Shown one piece after another: positions 14,333 through 29,075 of a DNA stretch of 64,000 bases. The DNA comes from Perna viridis. Taxonomy: Eukaryota. Each line of letters starts with the position of its first letter. Position 1 is the first letter of the stretch. The notes below the pieces were generated by a model. That model was not told the origin of the DNA. It saw only the letters and a program-made list of their open reading frames with translations, and made no database searches. Location of the stretch: the NCBI GenBank assembly GCA_037379345.1, contig CM074518.1, positions 744,001 to 808,000 on the forward strand. The letters are read 5' to 3'. Both the position numbers and the translations under genes were made by a program.

Positions 14333-14791
14333 TACAGATCCTAGACATGACACAGATCCTAGACATGACTACAGATCCTAGACATGACTACAGATCCTAG
14401 ACATGACTACAGATCCTAGACATTGCTACAGATCCTAGACATGACTACAGATCCTAGACATGACTACAGATCCTAGACATGACACAGATCCTAGACATGA
14501 CTACAGATCCTAGACATTGCTACAGATCCTAGACATGACTACAGATCCTAGACATGACTACAGATCCTAGACATTGCTACAGATCCTAGACATGACTACA
14601 GATCCTAGACATGACTACAGATCCTAGACATTGCTACAGATCCTAGACATGACTACAGATCCTAGACATGACTACAGATCCTAGACATTGCTACAGATCC
14701 TAGACATGACTACAGATCCTAGACATGACTACAGATCCTAGACATTGCTACAGATCCTAGACATGACTACAGATCCTAGACATTGCTACAG
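14333..14791. repeat. 19-bp minisatellite (ACAGATCCTAGACATGACT), ~24 copies with a higher-order pattern
   Basis: Variants CATGACT, CATTGCT and an 18-bp CATGAC form. Confidence 0.95.
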
Positions 14792-15472
14792 TAGTGTGTA
14801 AGAAAGCTACAAATGACTACATACAGTACATGAACCAAACTACATGTATAATTATGATCGGTCATCGATTAGTTACCAATCAGTCATGGATTTGTCAAAC
14901 AGATCCGTTAAACTGATGATTGCATCCACTTTTTTGGCGAGGATAGGTTCATGGATTGTACTAACTGACCAGGCAAAATTGACATGCCATTCAATGATAA
15001 ACTGCTATCAAACCCATACAACAACACAAGAAGTACATTACCATGAAGTAAGGCTTCATTTATGAATTTGAAATCGATGTTTTTCATCCTTAAATCAAGA
15101 GTCTAAAGAGAGATATGATGTGTCTGATCTCAATTATAGACCTGAGAAGACCATGTTTAATGGAACAAAAACAGTATACATAAGGAAGTCTGCCACAAAA
15201 GCCTTCAAACTAAAATAAAACAATGGCTGTGTTTCCAATAATTTTTTTAGATTTTACTAAACAATAAATGTCACACTTACAGAAATCTAATTAAGCTAAA
15301 AATTTGTAAAGAAGCAGAAACAAGAAAGTCCTTTAAATTGAGTGTTATAATTACATGTACATGCATTAATTCTAATTCTGTTGGGTAATTACTCTTTATG
15401 AAAACTACTTTGCCATTTTTGCCAGTTTCTCAGGAACAGCATTAACCCTAAGAATGCCATTCTTGCCTGAAT

Positions 15473-15647
15473 GAGTAATCACAGCAACCACAGTTATAGC
15501 GGTAATCAAAAGAATGTAATCCAGGGACAAAGCCCAGACATGGAAAACAGATATACACAACAAAGAACATAAAGTAACTAAAATCATACAAAGTAACAAA
15601 AGCAAATGAGCAACTCAGACTCCACTAAAAACTGGGAGCATGGACCA
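15473..15647 (-). mobile_element. PLE 3' UTR fragment, copy B, with 5-bp target-site duplication TGAAT
   Basis: Reverse-complement match to the 3' UTR of copies A, C and D. TGAAT lies at 15468-15472 and 15648-15652. Confidence 0.85.
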
Positions 15648-17604
15648 TGAATCTCAGGAATAAATTACCCTTAATTATGCAATTCATGCCAACATTATCC
15701 CTGAGCTTGCCATACTTGCCACTTTTTAAAAAACACATTTATTTACTATAAAGTCAATGTTGTTTAGAATGATTTTAGAATCGTCCTTGACAAAATCCAA
15801 GGAAATTAAATTTTATTAAAGGTTTAGGTAGGTGCCATATGCTGGACTTAATTTCCATTTGGCAAAGTGATTTTCAACTGACAGATCAACGTAAACTATT
15901 TTGACAATTTTATGAATTAAACACATTTTCCAAATTTAAAGTAAGAGGATCACTCAAAGAATGAAGATTGACATGCAACTGACAATGCAGAATGAAGATT
16001 CGATTTGATCGACAATAATTGTGGTCTGTAATCACTGAATTGCATGATAAAATCCAGTGCCAATTGACAATCGCTAAAATCTTTGAATTCCTAAACCTCC
16101 ATATTGTAACCATGATTGAGTAAACAAGACTGGAAAACACTTAGTAAATGTATGTTTTGGTTACTGTAAGATACATGTGATATTTTCCAGTGAGAGTAAT
16201 GATCCACTGGCGCCACTTGTTGGTCAATACAGAGTTCAAAACTAATGACCATATCTGAATAATGCATAAGTGTTTGTGGCACTCTACCATCAAACCATCT
16301 AAACTTGTCACTGAAATATGCAATCAACTCAGTTTCACCATTAGGAAGCTGTTAATTTAAGCATCTAAAAGACCAATAACTAAATCATTTAAATGTTTCT
16401 AATAACTTGTTGCCAAAAGCAGACATTAGAAAAAACGGTTGTCATTTGTCTGGCATTAGGTATAGCCCCATTAATATAGACACATAGCATTAGATTATAC
16501 CATGAGAGCTTCGAAGAAATTTCATTAAATTTTCTAATTTCCAGTTCAATACTAGAGTTAATGAAGGGTAGCATCCAGATAATTATTGGTTATTGAATAG
16601 AAGGTCGTTTTTTACACGTAAATTCACATACACACTTATGTCCTACAGAGCAACATTAATTGGTATGGCTGTGTGATCTTTTAACAATAACTGCATAGGT
16701 TCAATTAAAATATGATTCAGGAAAGTTCACCACAGATTAGTTTATATAATTCTTGACGGGTGAAATTCAATCAGCAATTATGTAAATTCCGAACAAATCA
16801 GATAATGCCACACTGGGCTTCAAAACTTTAGGTACATGGCTTGAGATAAGTCTAAAGAGTCATCGATTTTCAGCAAGTGTCAGTGATTGATTTGGTAAAA
16901 GGTTTTAACTTTATTACATCATTCCAACAGACTAATAATGGTAAAATAATGATAGTCATCCCAGAATCAGGGACAAGAGACACAATGCATGTGGTCACAG
17001 ATTGAGGGTAACCAAGTATAGACAAGTCAGGGCATTATTGAGATGGAACTTGATTAATGAGAAATAAATAACACACAACCAGCATTGAATGAGTGAAACT
17101 CAAATATTGAAAATTCATAGTAGACAGATTCACATACAATATATACAATATCTGATAACTAACTAATGGATTATCATCAGTTTTTTTCTTAGATTGGTAG
17201 CTCAATAATGTACTGAATGACTACTTCCAAATTTCAATTAAATTCCATAAAAAAGCTAAATCTGATATTTCAAATGCGTTAAATTTTGACAATTTGACAC
17301 ATTTAATGAACATTTTGTATTAAAATTTCCATTAAAACCATAAAATATTACTGTTATAATATATTCAATCTTATATGGCCCAGCTGATAATGGATTAATG
17401 TATGTTTGCCATAGGCAGATGACTGTACATTTTGCCACTGGACCATCGCTGATAAAACATTACACCATGCTGCTCACAGTACTGGAGATAAAAATACCAT
17501 TTGTGGAAGTATGGAGATTTTATCTTGTACATTGCCACCAAAACCCTTCATAAAGTACTAATGTCTACCATATTAACAAAGGGAGCTATAAACCAATCAT
17601 CAAC

Positions 17605-17722
17605 CTGACCATTGTATAATGGGGAATGTTCAATGTCACAAACTATGGTACAGGTTCTACTAACCATTGTATAATGGGGAATGTTCAATGTCACAAACTA
17701 TGGTACTGGTTCTACTGACCAT
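17605..17722. repeat. 55-bp tandem duplication
   Basis: ACCATTGTATAATGGGGAATGTTCAATG... at 17608 and 17663. Confidence 0.9.
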
Positions 17723-18758
17723 CATATCCCACAGATTTCTATCAATACTGTCACTGATTTCCCAAGCTGGTCATAAAATACTACATTAATGACCGACATT
17801 ATTTGCATAATGACAACAATTATAAAGTTCCATGATGAGGAATTAAGGTATAATCAGTTCCGGGATTCAATGAATTTTGATTTCCCATAACCTTGGAAGC
17901 TTCTGAAGCTCAATAACATAGTGTCAAATTATAGACTGACATGTAAAAATCTGACAAGTCTAGAACTGATATGTAAATATGGAATCTAGAAAATTGACAA
18001 GTCTTGACCAGGAAGTAGAAAATAGGTCTATTTTAAACCGAATAAGGACTAATAAATATGTGTACCTAAACACTATTTCTGGGTCCTACTTTCACTATCT
18101 GGGGGAGAAGTTTTTACTAGAAGTAACATTTGGTTAGTAACCATCACTCATCACCTCTGGGAGGTAATGGTCATATGGGAAGATATAGATAGCAGAAGTC
18201 TACATTTTATATTTGATACAACTTAAGCTACATCCTGTTTTACCAATATAGATCACAGATACGTACCAGAAAACAATAGATAGCTATTAAATAGTGTATA
18301 AAAGATTCATTTCAATAACACTCTTTCTGCACTATGGTTTATATTCAAATTCTCAAATACTTCAATTGGAAAAAATAGCTCTTCAATCCACTAAAGCTTT
18401 AACTGTAACAACTAAAGATAATGTTTTCCTGCCTATACTTGTGTTAAATTTCAATGTGAATTCAATTAAACGGTAGTTATAGGGGAAATTGTTCATTAAT
18501 GATGCATTTAGGATTGAAATAAAGCTAACTTAGCCAATTCTGTTGTAAATAGGTACTTTATATTAAGTTAAAAAGACACAAAAATGAAAGTAAAACTTTG
18601 TAAGAATGTACTTCAATTTAAATCTAATTGTATTATTCACAGAGGAAAAAGGATTGAAATAATAATGCAACAGTTGAACAAATTGTACACTCTTTACTCT
18701 TTTATTTTATTTTGTTTACAAATTCTTACATTCTTTTTTTTTCCTTTCTGGGAGTTTA

Positions 18759-18948
18759 CAGTGAAACCTGTCTATATCAAACCCTGTGCATTGTAGACAG
18801 GTGTTAGGTTTACCAATCAAACCCTGTTCATTGTAGACAGGTGTTTGGTTGACGAAGGTTCAAAATACATTAAATCTGTTATAACAGACTATAAAATGTG
18901 TCTCATTCTGATAAAAGTTTTTCCAAGTTTTGTTTAGATAGGTTTCAA
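18759..18948. mobile_element. Degenerate MITE-like element (CAGTGAAACCTGTCTA ... TAGATAGGTTTCA) with an internal 40-bp duplication
   Basis: Imperfect terminal inverted repeats preceded by TA. A related degraded copy lies at 23699-23856. Confidence 0.45.
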
Positions 18949-19300
18949 TAGATTTGAAAAATTATGGAGAGGGCTCGTAAGTTCTGAATTGTGAGCAATC
19001 TACAGTAATAGCTTCTACACATAAATAGCTAATGTTCCACAAATAAACTTAAAACAACTCTATACAACATGAACAATTACAATTAGCTATAATTGTACGG
19101 TACAATATTCTATCACAACTGAATGGACACTTGATACCATGTCAACATATCAGAACAAATCTTTATATCAGTATTGTCAATATTTGGTGTGTTATCATAG
19201 AGCACAATATAAACAGAATTACTGCAGTACCATCAACAATTCTCTGTATTTATTGTTTCTTTACAAAGCTTATACAATCAATATCAATTATATAAATATG

Positions 19301-19576
19301 CAATATTGTCAAACTGTTCGATACTGATCGGCCACAATCATTATCAATATTGTCAAACTGTTCGATACTGATCGGCCACAATCATTATCAATATTGTCAA
19401 ACTGTTCGATACTGATCGGCCACAATCATTATCAATATTGTCAAACTGTTCGATACTGATCGGCCACAATCATTATCAATATTGTCAAACTGTTCGATAC
19501 TGATCGGCCACAATCATTATCAATATTGTCAAACTGTTCGATACTGATCGGCCACAATCATTATCAATATTGTCAA
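19301..19576. repeat. 44-bp perfect minisatellite, ~6 copies
   Basis: Identical copies of CAATATTGTCAAACTGTTCGATACTGATCGGCCACAATCATTAT. Confidence 0.95.
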
Positions 19577-20920
19577 GCTATTCAATAAATATCATTCACT
19601 TTTTAATTGAATACCAGTAATGGTACTTTCAAGGGTCACAAATTTAATGCCAAAATTAATGAGGTGGTAATATAATCAATTATTTTTTTTGTTCTTAATC
19701 TGTTTTGGCAGAGACTATATAATGAGTTGTGGGTGTTAAAGTAAAGACTTGGTTCTTAGACAACATATATATCAATCTAATAATGTGGTATTATCTTCCA
19801 ACATAGCAAAAGAGTTATATTATAAGAGCTGAATTAAGTACACAAATTATTACAATGGTTCAAATATCAAGTTAGGGAAGACAAATTCTCCAAAATCAGT
19901 ATTTTCTAAATACATAAATGGGTGATTAGTAATCTATAACACCTAAATCAATCTTCATCAAGGGACAATAATAAAATATCAAATATCATAACAGTTTAGA
20001 GCTACCAAACATTATAAATGTTGATTTTAATACTGATCTGATGAATGGACTATTAAATTCATTGAGACCTTACTATACAGCATGATAAATAAAATGTCTA
20101 TAAAACTTGGCCAACTGTTTCTATCACTGATCTTTTTGACAATATATGGTCTTCCCTCACATATTCTTTTGATCTCCACCGCTAAACTTTAAAGCAATAC
20201 TCAAGAAATCTGTGTCTTGGCCAATAACTTCAGCAATAAAATTCACTTTTCAATTAAAACTGTGCATGTCGAAGAAGCAGTTTTCCCCCATTTTTTCATA
20301 AAGCACTTGTTTTTTATGCTGAGAAGTCTTTGTTCTTGTATGCTTGATATTTTTCTCTGGAACCAACAGCAAAGTAAATGTCAATATTGACAAAAAATCT
20401 CTCAGATATCAAGATCACACGATGAAAATGAGTTGAAAGCAATTCAAATGCTTAACAGCAATTACGTGACAAAGAGATATCATCCATTGTACACTGTGTT
20501 TCCGCAGGCAAGCGTCAATCTTGTTGTTACTATATGTAAACAACCCATTTATGACCATATCGGTAACATCAAGGGCAGATAAATATCTTAGTGATGTAAA
20601 ACATATGCATGCTAAATACGTTAGAGGGAAACATTAGCGATCATTTGTCGCAACATTGTCAACCATTATGTAAAGTTGAGTTCATCATTATGACATCATT
20701 AGTCAAAAAAATGATCTATCTGCACTGGATAACTAGAACTGGAAACATCAAAGCTGGTTAACCTTAAGTAGAACAATTCTGCCTTAAAACCTTCTGTAGT
20801 AAAAGATTGAGTGAACAGTGATCAGTTTGAGAGTGCATGTTTTATACTCCCGCCATTGTTCTTATTTGTTTATGTCACATCATTGAATTACTCTAGAATT
20901 CAAATTGTCTCTTTTTTCAG

Positions 20921-20955
20921 ACTACACAAGTTATTTACTACACATATTAGGAACA
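20921..20955 (+). CDS. Candidate 35-nt micro-exon of the + strand gene (LHKLFTTHIRN, last base A joins TG of the next exon to make ATG)
   Basis: Strong acceptor TTGTCTCTTTTTTCAG and donor GTAAGT. The frame that joins exon 21084 is open. It may be coding or 5' UTR. Confidence 0.5.
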
Positions 20956-21083
20956 GTAAGTCTTAAAAACATTAGTGTTTGTGTCAAAGTTCAAATTATC
21001 CTTTAGTATTGTAACATTTCCACAAATTCATAATAGCAGCTTTGAGCTATTTTATGATTTTCATTTTTTTTTTAATTTTGCAG

Positions 21084-21170
21084 TGAAATTTGGATTATGG
21101 AAGAAACTACCTCGAACATCACATGAAGCTGAACGAAAAGGTTATCACAGAGTTAATGATATTTGTAAAA
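21084..21170 (+). CDS. Exon of uncharacterised extracellular protein (KFGLWKKLPRTSHEAERKGYHRVNDICK)
   Basis: TTTTGCAG acceptor and GTGAGT donor; phase 1/1; joins 33157 in frame. Confidence 0.8.
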
Positions 21171-21256
21171 GTGAGTACCTTTACATTAAATTTTGTGGAT
21201 ATCTAATGGGCAAACCAATACAACATATACAAGTACAAAACCCATCCGAACCAACA

Positions 21257-21470
21257 CCTCATATCAGTAACCAGTATATGTACCTTCATATCAGTAACTA
21301 GTACATGTACCTTCATATCAGTAATTAGTACACGCACCTTCATATCAGTAACTAGTACATGCACCTTCATATCAGTAACTAGTACATGTACCTTCATATC
21401 AGTAACTAGTACACACACCTTCATATCAGTAACTAGTACATGTACCTTCATATCAGTAACTAGTACATGC
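21257..21470. repeat. 27-bp minisatellite (ACCTTCATATCAGTAACTAGTACATGT)
   Basis: About 8 copies; source of the spurious VLVTDMKVH ORF. Confidence 0.9.
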
Positions 21471-21499
21471 ATGTACTGTTGACATATATGACATATGTC

Positions 21500-21808
21500 A
21501 TATGACAGTTCAGACATGTGGCACTGTACATGACTCATATGACAGTTCAGACGTGGTGCACTGTACACGACTAGTATGACAGTTCAGACGTGTGGCACTG
21601 TACATGACTTGTATGACAGTTCAGACGCGGTGCACTGTACATGACTTGTATGACAGTTCAGACGTGGTGCACTGTACATGACTCATATGACAGTTCAGAC
21701 GCAGTGCACTGTACATGACTCGTATGACAGTTCAGACGCGTGGCACTGTACATGACTTGTACGTCAGTTCAGATGTGTGGCATTGTACATGACTTATATG
21801 ACAGTTCT
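21500..21808. repeat. ~37-bp minisatellite (TATGACAGTTCAGACGTGGTGCACTGTACATGACTCG)
   Basis: About 8 copies. Confidence 0.9.
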
Positions 21809-23357
21809 AAATTGATGATATTCTACAGAAATCAAGAACAGACCAATATCATCAATGATAAGTTCCCCTCAAAGTACTGACAAAACTTTCAATTCTAAAA
21901 CTAGACTTACAAAGAGTATTCATGGCAGATTGTAAATAATTCCCTCATTATCAGTGGTCAATAAGCTGTAACTTAGTAATGACATCATAATTAACAAATA
22001 ATTGGACAGTTATAACAACAATACCTTTAATGTATCAAATCATGCCTGTCTAAAACAGTCATGCCAAGCAGGTACATGTATCTAATAACTCAGGTCTAAG
22101 AGTACCTGCCACAGACTTATCTTTAGTACACTGGCTAGATCTGGGTTCATGCCAAGCGGTTACATGTATCTTAAATCATTCTGGTCTAACCACAAACTAA
22201 TCTATAGTTTGGTGACTTTAACAGACAAATCATAGAAATTATCTTGAAAAAACTCAGACACACAAAATATAACTGGTAAATATATTCTACATCTGTTGGA
22301 GCTGTATAAAGAAAGCAAACAATGTTATCTGTCCCAGGGGTGTGTTAAGATTGAGATAGACTATATTATGACATTGACTGACATAGTTAAAGACACAGAT
22401 CTGTCTGAATGAGAGACGCTGTCATTCCTCACACCAAACTAATGCAAGGCAAAATATTTTAAGTGCTGTTACAATTTTTAGAAAGATTTTTTTCACAAAA
22501 CATTTTCATTTAAGAGTTTGTAAGAATGTAAGAATGATAAAAAAAAAAAATTTGTTGAAATAACAATTCTGTAAAACACAAACATGATTTTTTTTTACGA
22601 GCCTGTGATAATAAGTAAGTAAGTTTACAGTTGCTTCTATCACTTCTGTGGATAGCAAATAACTTTTACCCAAATTTACAACATTCACTCAAAGAGTACC
22701 ACCAACCAATGCATTGATTTTCTAACGGTACTAAATATTATTATGATAGGAGGCGATGCTAAAATAATGATCATAAAATGGTATAATGATACACATTATC
22801 GTTATCAATACCTGCAAAAACCCATATAGACTTTCTATTGGCAATAATTAACACAATTAAATCGGTTTTTCATAATCAGAGAAATCAATGATTAGTTCAG
22901 AAAGTGGTAAATGCTTCATTATCAGGTTAATGTACTGCAAAGCTTTAATATCATACTTCATATAAAATTTTACATTTTTTCATTGGTTAACAAAGATGAA
23001 TTATTCTGGTATACCACCCACTTGAACCGAAAATTTGTTTTATCCTTTCTGTTTCGTTGTCCATTTTTCATACTTTCACCGCAATCAAAGATATCACACA
23101 ATGTATAATTTGTTAAATAAAAATGAGTAAAAAAAAATGAAGAAAAAAATATGTGATAATAAGGGTGCAAAGAAGACACAACAATTGTACAAAGAGGAGT
23201 GAGGTTGTTCTGTACAAAGAGAAGTAAGGTTGTTCTGCACAAGGTGGAGTGAGGTTGCACCATTGTCATAACAATGAACTAATGCAAAAAAAAAAACATT
23301 AATGTTCATATTATGTATATATTTGTCTGTGTATAGGACAATGTTTATTTGGTGCAA

Positions 23358-23478
23358 ATATTCATATCCTAATGGCCCTTCACCTTCAGTGAAGTTGTAA
23401 GTATTCATATCCTAATGGCCCTACACCTTTAGTGAAGTTGTAAATATTTATATCCTAACGGCCCTTCACCTTCAGTGT
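23358..23478. repeat. 43-bp tandem repeat, ~3 copies
   Basis: ATTCATATCCTAATGGCCCTTCACCTTCAGTG repeated. Confidence 0.85.
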
Positions 23479-26400
23479 GTCTACTGTTGTAAAATAATAA
23501 TAATGATAATAAAATCTTTATTTCAAGAGGGTTACACAATTAGTTTACAAGCTAATCTTGCCTGAGGCCCTCACACACAATCAGCCTATAACCCAGTGTA
23601 AAACCCAGTCTACAACTAATCAGCCTTATGATAACCCAGTGTAATAAAACCCAGTCTACAACTAATCAGCCTTATGATAACCCAGTGTAATTTTTTCACA
23701 GTGAAACCCTGAAAATTTGTCTAAACAAGATATATTTTAAAGTCTCTTTATCTCATTAAAAACGCATAATTCTGAATATTGGTAATTCAAATACCTGACT
23801 TATAAAGAAACCAATTTTAAAGTCCAAAAGAGGTTCTATTTAGACAGTGTTTACTGTGGTATAAGTACATTTAAAGAGTGTTAATTTCTTGTACATCCTT
23901 TCAGCAGTACATGCCAAATACATTACATCATCTGTATTTGATATTAGGGGATTTCTTGTAAAACAATTAAATTTCTGTAATCCTTTTTAATGGATTCCTT
24001 TTTCAATGGCTTACTTCTTACTATTAAAATCTCAAAAACATATGTGGACTAATTGGAATTAATGAATAAAATAACATCTGGAAGCTTTGATATGAGGGCG
24101 GAATTAAAATTTCAAAAACAGAAGAAACCAGCTTCTGATGGCCCCGAGGGAAAAGATTTGAAGGAGAGATTTCTCCAATTAATATCTCTCCCTGACCAAA
24201 CTAATAATAAGCATTAGCCATTTAACATGAAAAAAATGTCAAACGGTTGTCACAAAAGGCTAATATTAAACAACATTATGCAAATTAGTTCCGATGATCA
24301 TGTGACTGGGAACAGAAAATGAGGTCTAACTGTGACATCTAATTGAACATGATATTGCACAATTTTTATTGAGAGCTAAAATCAAACAAATGGACAATTT
24401 TTAACATCTGGTAACATAAAACTGGTTCCCTGTCAAAATAAGATCCACTATTATAAACTATACCATTGAGCAAGGCTCGTCTCAACAACTGTAGTAGTGT
24501 AAAATACTTTTCTAAAATAGACTTCCTGAAAAGGGAAAAAAATAATAATGGGTCTATATAACAGACAAGGCAGGCTCTTTAATAACTTTGTAACAGAAAA
24601 CCTAAATAAAACTCATTGAAATACCATTGTCAGAATAGTACATGTGCACATCTAAAACCCCCTCATATAACAAAGAAAATAAAATTCTGCTGATCAATAA
24701 AGATATCAAAAGTAAAACCACGCTTTTCAAATTGTGTATAAAAATTATCTTCTGAATAATTTCTGCATTCAAAATGTAATTTGTTCTCTTTTTGATCAAG
24801 TAAGCCTTAAAAGATCTAAAAATAATTGTGATATGAAACTTTGTCAAAGACAGAAATATGAAATTGAGGATGAAAAAGTATCTTCATTAGCCTTCAAACA
24901 CAATCAGCTCCAATAGACCATGTGACATAATAGGATTATATCAAGGCTTTTGATCTCCGACAAAACGTGAGGCACAGATATTTTCCTATTAAGGACTTGA
25001 TGTTTTCATCACAACAATACAAATTTGCATACAATAAAAATGACTAAAAACCTGCCATATGACAGAAGAAAATATGAAGGATCTGACTGTGTAATGTGTT
25101 TCCTAGCATGCATCAGAGTAATTGGGATACATCTCTTGTCTTAATGAAATTATAATTTTCCCCACTGACAGAGGTATTTAAGTTTAGTTTTTTGTGGAAT
25201 TCATATTTAGATATTTCATCCATTTCTCATATTGAAAAAATGAACAGATGTACTCAGAGATGAGAATATTCAAAACTGATTAGTTGCAATAAATTGTGAA
25301 TGCACTTGCTCTCACTCTGGTTTGGATAACATGCATGAATTCACAAGGTACACATCAGGACAGTACAACTATTACAGGGTCACCAAATACTAAATGAAAG
25401 TCAATGTAGTTCCCAATAAAAATGGCCATACTCTCAGTCTGAGATTCAATGATACCACCTAAATACCAAGCAAATCAGGATAATTGAAAGATAAAAACTG
25501 ATTACACTAATTAATTCATCTATTTATTTCTCTTAAAATATGACCATGAAGTAAGAATCAATGGATGGATTATGACAATGATTAAATGGACAAGGCAAAG
25601 AATAGTCTCATTAATCAATACACAGCACTCACTCCTGAGTCAGTTGGTTCTTTCACCTGCAATCTCTAAAGAATTCAACTGAAAAAAATTGTCTCATTCA
25701 TACAGACACCTGGAAAAACCAGGTATAAAATCATCTATCAGAAACTGGAGACTTGCGCCTGTCATCAATATCTGTAGTTAGAGATTAGCACAGATTTTTA
25801 CTGTTAGTTAAATAGGTTCCTGCTTGGAGATTAGAAGCTATCACAATGCACTGTAGCGTTGTAAACCCTCCCCTCTGATTAACGAATAATATACAACTTT
25901 ATGGGAAGCCTATTGTAAAAAAGAAATGATGCATAAAAGTAAATTTATTCTAAATTAGGTATAAATCGTTAAATAATGAATTAATTGGTGCCAACTTTCA
26001 GAATTGACAATAACTACAGAACTTTCACATTTCAGCTTTAAAGGTTCACCTAGAGCAGAAGTAACCATTTATATAGAAACATGCGACTCTTGTAAAATCG
26101 TCATAATGAAATTCAATATAAAGTTGTTTCTATAAACTAAGGTGGTGATTAACAAATTAAAATTTTTCAAATGAGGAAATTATCTGTATAGGGAAAGTTT
26201 TTCTATTAGGCTTCATGTCTGAAACTGAATTAAATTTTGTATGCTGTCAGTAGTAGCAGAATAAGCAGAGAATAGTTGATGAAATTCCCAAAGGCTTATT
26301 CAAGTATAATGCTACATTTGAAGCAACTGTTTGATTTCAGTAGAAATGATCAAATAAACAGGCTTCAAATTGTGCTGATTTATTATTACTTAAAACACAC

Positions 26401-26646
26401 TACCTTACACATAGCTTACATCTCTACAGTATAGCATTAACCACACAAAATTCTATTAAAAAATTGTACTTTTGAAGTGATTTTTTTTTATATGTAATAA
26501 AAATAAAAAGTCATAATGTTTTGTTGAAACCACTATTCTAAAACTGGTAAAAAAACAAAAAGGTAAATACATGATCTCTAAACTGATGTGTCAAACTTAC
26601 TTTTCAGCAAGCCTAATTAAAACTTCATATAAACCCCAGAAATATC

Positions 26647-26905
26647 ATAGACTGTACATTCACCCACATTCATAACAGACTGTGCATTCACCCACATTCA
26701 TAACAGACTGTACATACACCCTTCATTATAATAGACTGTCCATACACCCATCTTTATAATAGACTGTACATACACCATTCTTTATGATAGACTGTACATA
26801 CACCCATCATTACAACAGACTGTACATACACCAATCTTTGTAATAGACTGTACATACACTCATCTTTATAATAAACTGTACATAACCCCATATTTATAAC
26901 AGACT
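26647..26905. repeat. ~28-bp minisatellite (AGACTGTACATACACCCATC...)
   Basis: About 9 diverged copies. Confidence 0.85.
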
Positions 26906-28915
26906 AAACGGCACATATTGGTCAAGTACTGAAGAATAGCCAAGTTCAGACCTACTTGGGCTAAACAAACTTAATGATAACATGGTCATATCAGTAATAC
27001 TGTTACTAAGAAAACTCCAGGAACTTATAGATTATAGAAAACAACTTTCACAGAAATACCTTACATAACATTGATACAGACAACAAGTCAACCATGTCTG
27101 GTAAAGGTTAATAAGTATAGTGTCAGGTATAACAACAGTCAGGGTTGCTGGGTGCAGGGATTAAACATATTATTTTATATGTCACAGTATAAATCATTAG
27201 TCTATGTCAACATTGTAATCATTACTCTAAAATAGATCAGACATTTGCTTTCAAAACATTATGTGTTTTCAATAATTTAACTTTTATCCAAAAAAAAATA
27301 AAATAAAATGTAATAAAATACATGTCTATAGAGACTTCATCCCTTTAATCAAAGCTCAGCTCATCCACATTTCTTCCCTGCATATATATAGGTGGTTTGT
27401 TCATCACCAACAAACAAGAAACAATCCAGCCTAATTAGCACAGAAATAATGTAGAAACCATTTATCTTCACAATTTTGTTTAAATCATTACAAGTGTCTG
27501 AAATCCATTAAAGAAAGATGAAAAACCATACGTTGTGCAACATCTGCAGGGGTGGTGCACTCCGACCCTTTAAAAACGCATATAATTATGTTGTAACATT
27601 AGAAATGTACAAACTGAGCCATGCCAAACTTTGATGGCATCTTCTAAGTTTTAATGAGGCATGACATACTCTATAGAAAACATCTAAATAAACAATATCT
27701 CCATGGAACAGATGTCGAATTCATTTACACTTTTTTTTCTAAAACATAGGCGCTTTGACTGTATCTATGAATTTTGTGCTGACTGCTGGACCAGAGCTGA
27801 CTGACTGCGCCTTGACTATATGGATCTGTCATTTCTGACCAACGTCAATGGTTTTAATCAAAAACAAAATTAGAGTCTTCTAAGCTATGGTGTGCCATAA
27901 ACCTTTCATATCAATATTATAAATGATTCCCTCCCAAACAAATCTGTTAACAGTTATCTTTTACAAGCCTGTAACAGTCAGATCAGAAGCTTTTATTGGA
28001 TACTGGACATGGGCTATTCTACTGAGTAAATTGACCATCCCATTTAACCATTATTATTGATGGCCATCTGTAGAATCATGAAGCAGGTTTTAAGGGCATT
28101 CTGTGAAATCTTTTTTTATTGGAATGGTTTTGTGGAATGATGTACAAATGTAATTACAGAACTGGAGGCCAGACACTTAATATTGGCCAGACCAATGCCT
28201 TTCATCTGTTCACTGTTTAGATATGCATGCATGATGAAATTAACTTCATATCTTAAAGACTTCATAGATTTGTACAGATTGCCACTATAAAATATAAGGG
28301 ATCAAAAAGTCCTACCATACTTCAGAGTATGCCATTTTGAATGGTCAACATCTGTATAATAAATGACCCCTACTGAATATGTTATATGGTCCATGCTGTG
28401 ATTAAATGAGTGATTTCTTCCTTGTGAGTCTATTAATTCAGAATAAATCACAGTTTTTCTCCTCTTTTCTGTTCATTATTTTAATGACCACACCAAACTG
28501 ATTATCTCCTAGTATAAACTAATCAATCATTAATCATAGTTTTGATAACAAATCAATTGATTATAGTAAGTTTATAGTCTATTAATTATGGTCAGATGTG
28601 AAAGATATTTATTTAGCAACCTTCAATTCTTAAAGACTTTTTAGTTTAAGAAAGCCCCCCCCCCCAAAAAAAAAAAAAACCTTTTAATTTCTCATAAATA
28701 TTAAAGAAACTATCAAGTTTCAAACTGTATAAGAATCAGGCAAAGGGTGGCACATCATTAGTCTCATTTTGGTCTTTCTTGCCTCAAATATATTCAACAT
28801 ACCTAGAAAACAACCAAAAAGCTATTCAGAAATGTGACAGATATCTTTTGACTGCTTATATAGGGGAAAGGTGAGGGATAATTGTCAATACCTTGATAAA
28901 CATGACCAACACTTT

Positions 28916-29075
28916 GATGGTTATTTCTGGAGGCTATGAGGTATTTACTCAGATGATGGTTATTTCTGGAGGCTAGGAGGTATTTACTCAGATGATGGTT
29001 ATTTCTGGAAGCTATGAGGTATTTACTCAGATGATGGTTATTTCTGGAGGCTAGGAGGTATTTACTCAGATGATG
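28916..29075. repeat. 39-bp tandem repeat x4
   Basis: GATGGTTATTTCTGGAGGCTA(T/G)GAGGTATTTACTCAGAT. Confidence 0.9.

Noticed and set aside
20837-20896. Signal-peptide-like MFYTPAIVLICLCHIIELL
   Set aside because: Ends in TAG with no convincing donor and is out of frame with the micro-exon.
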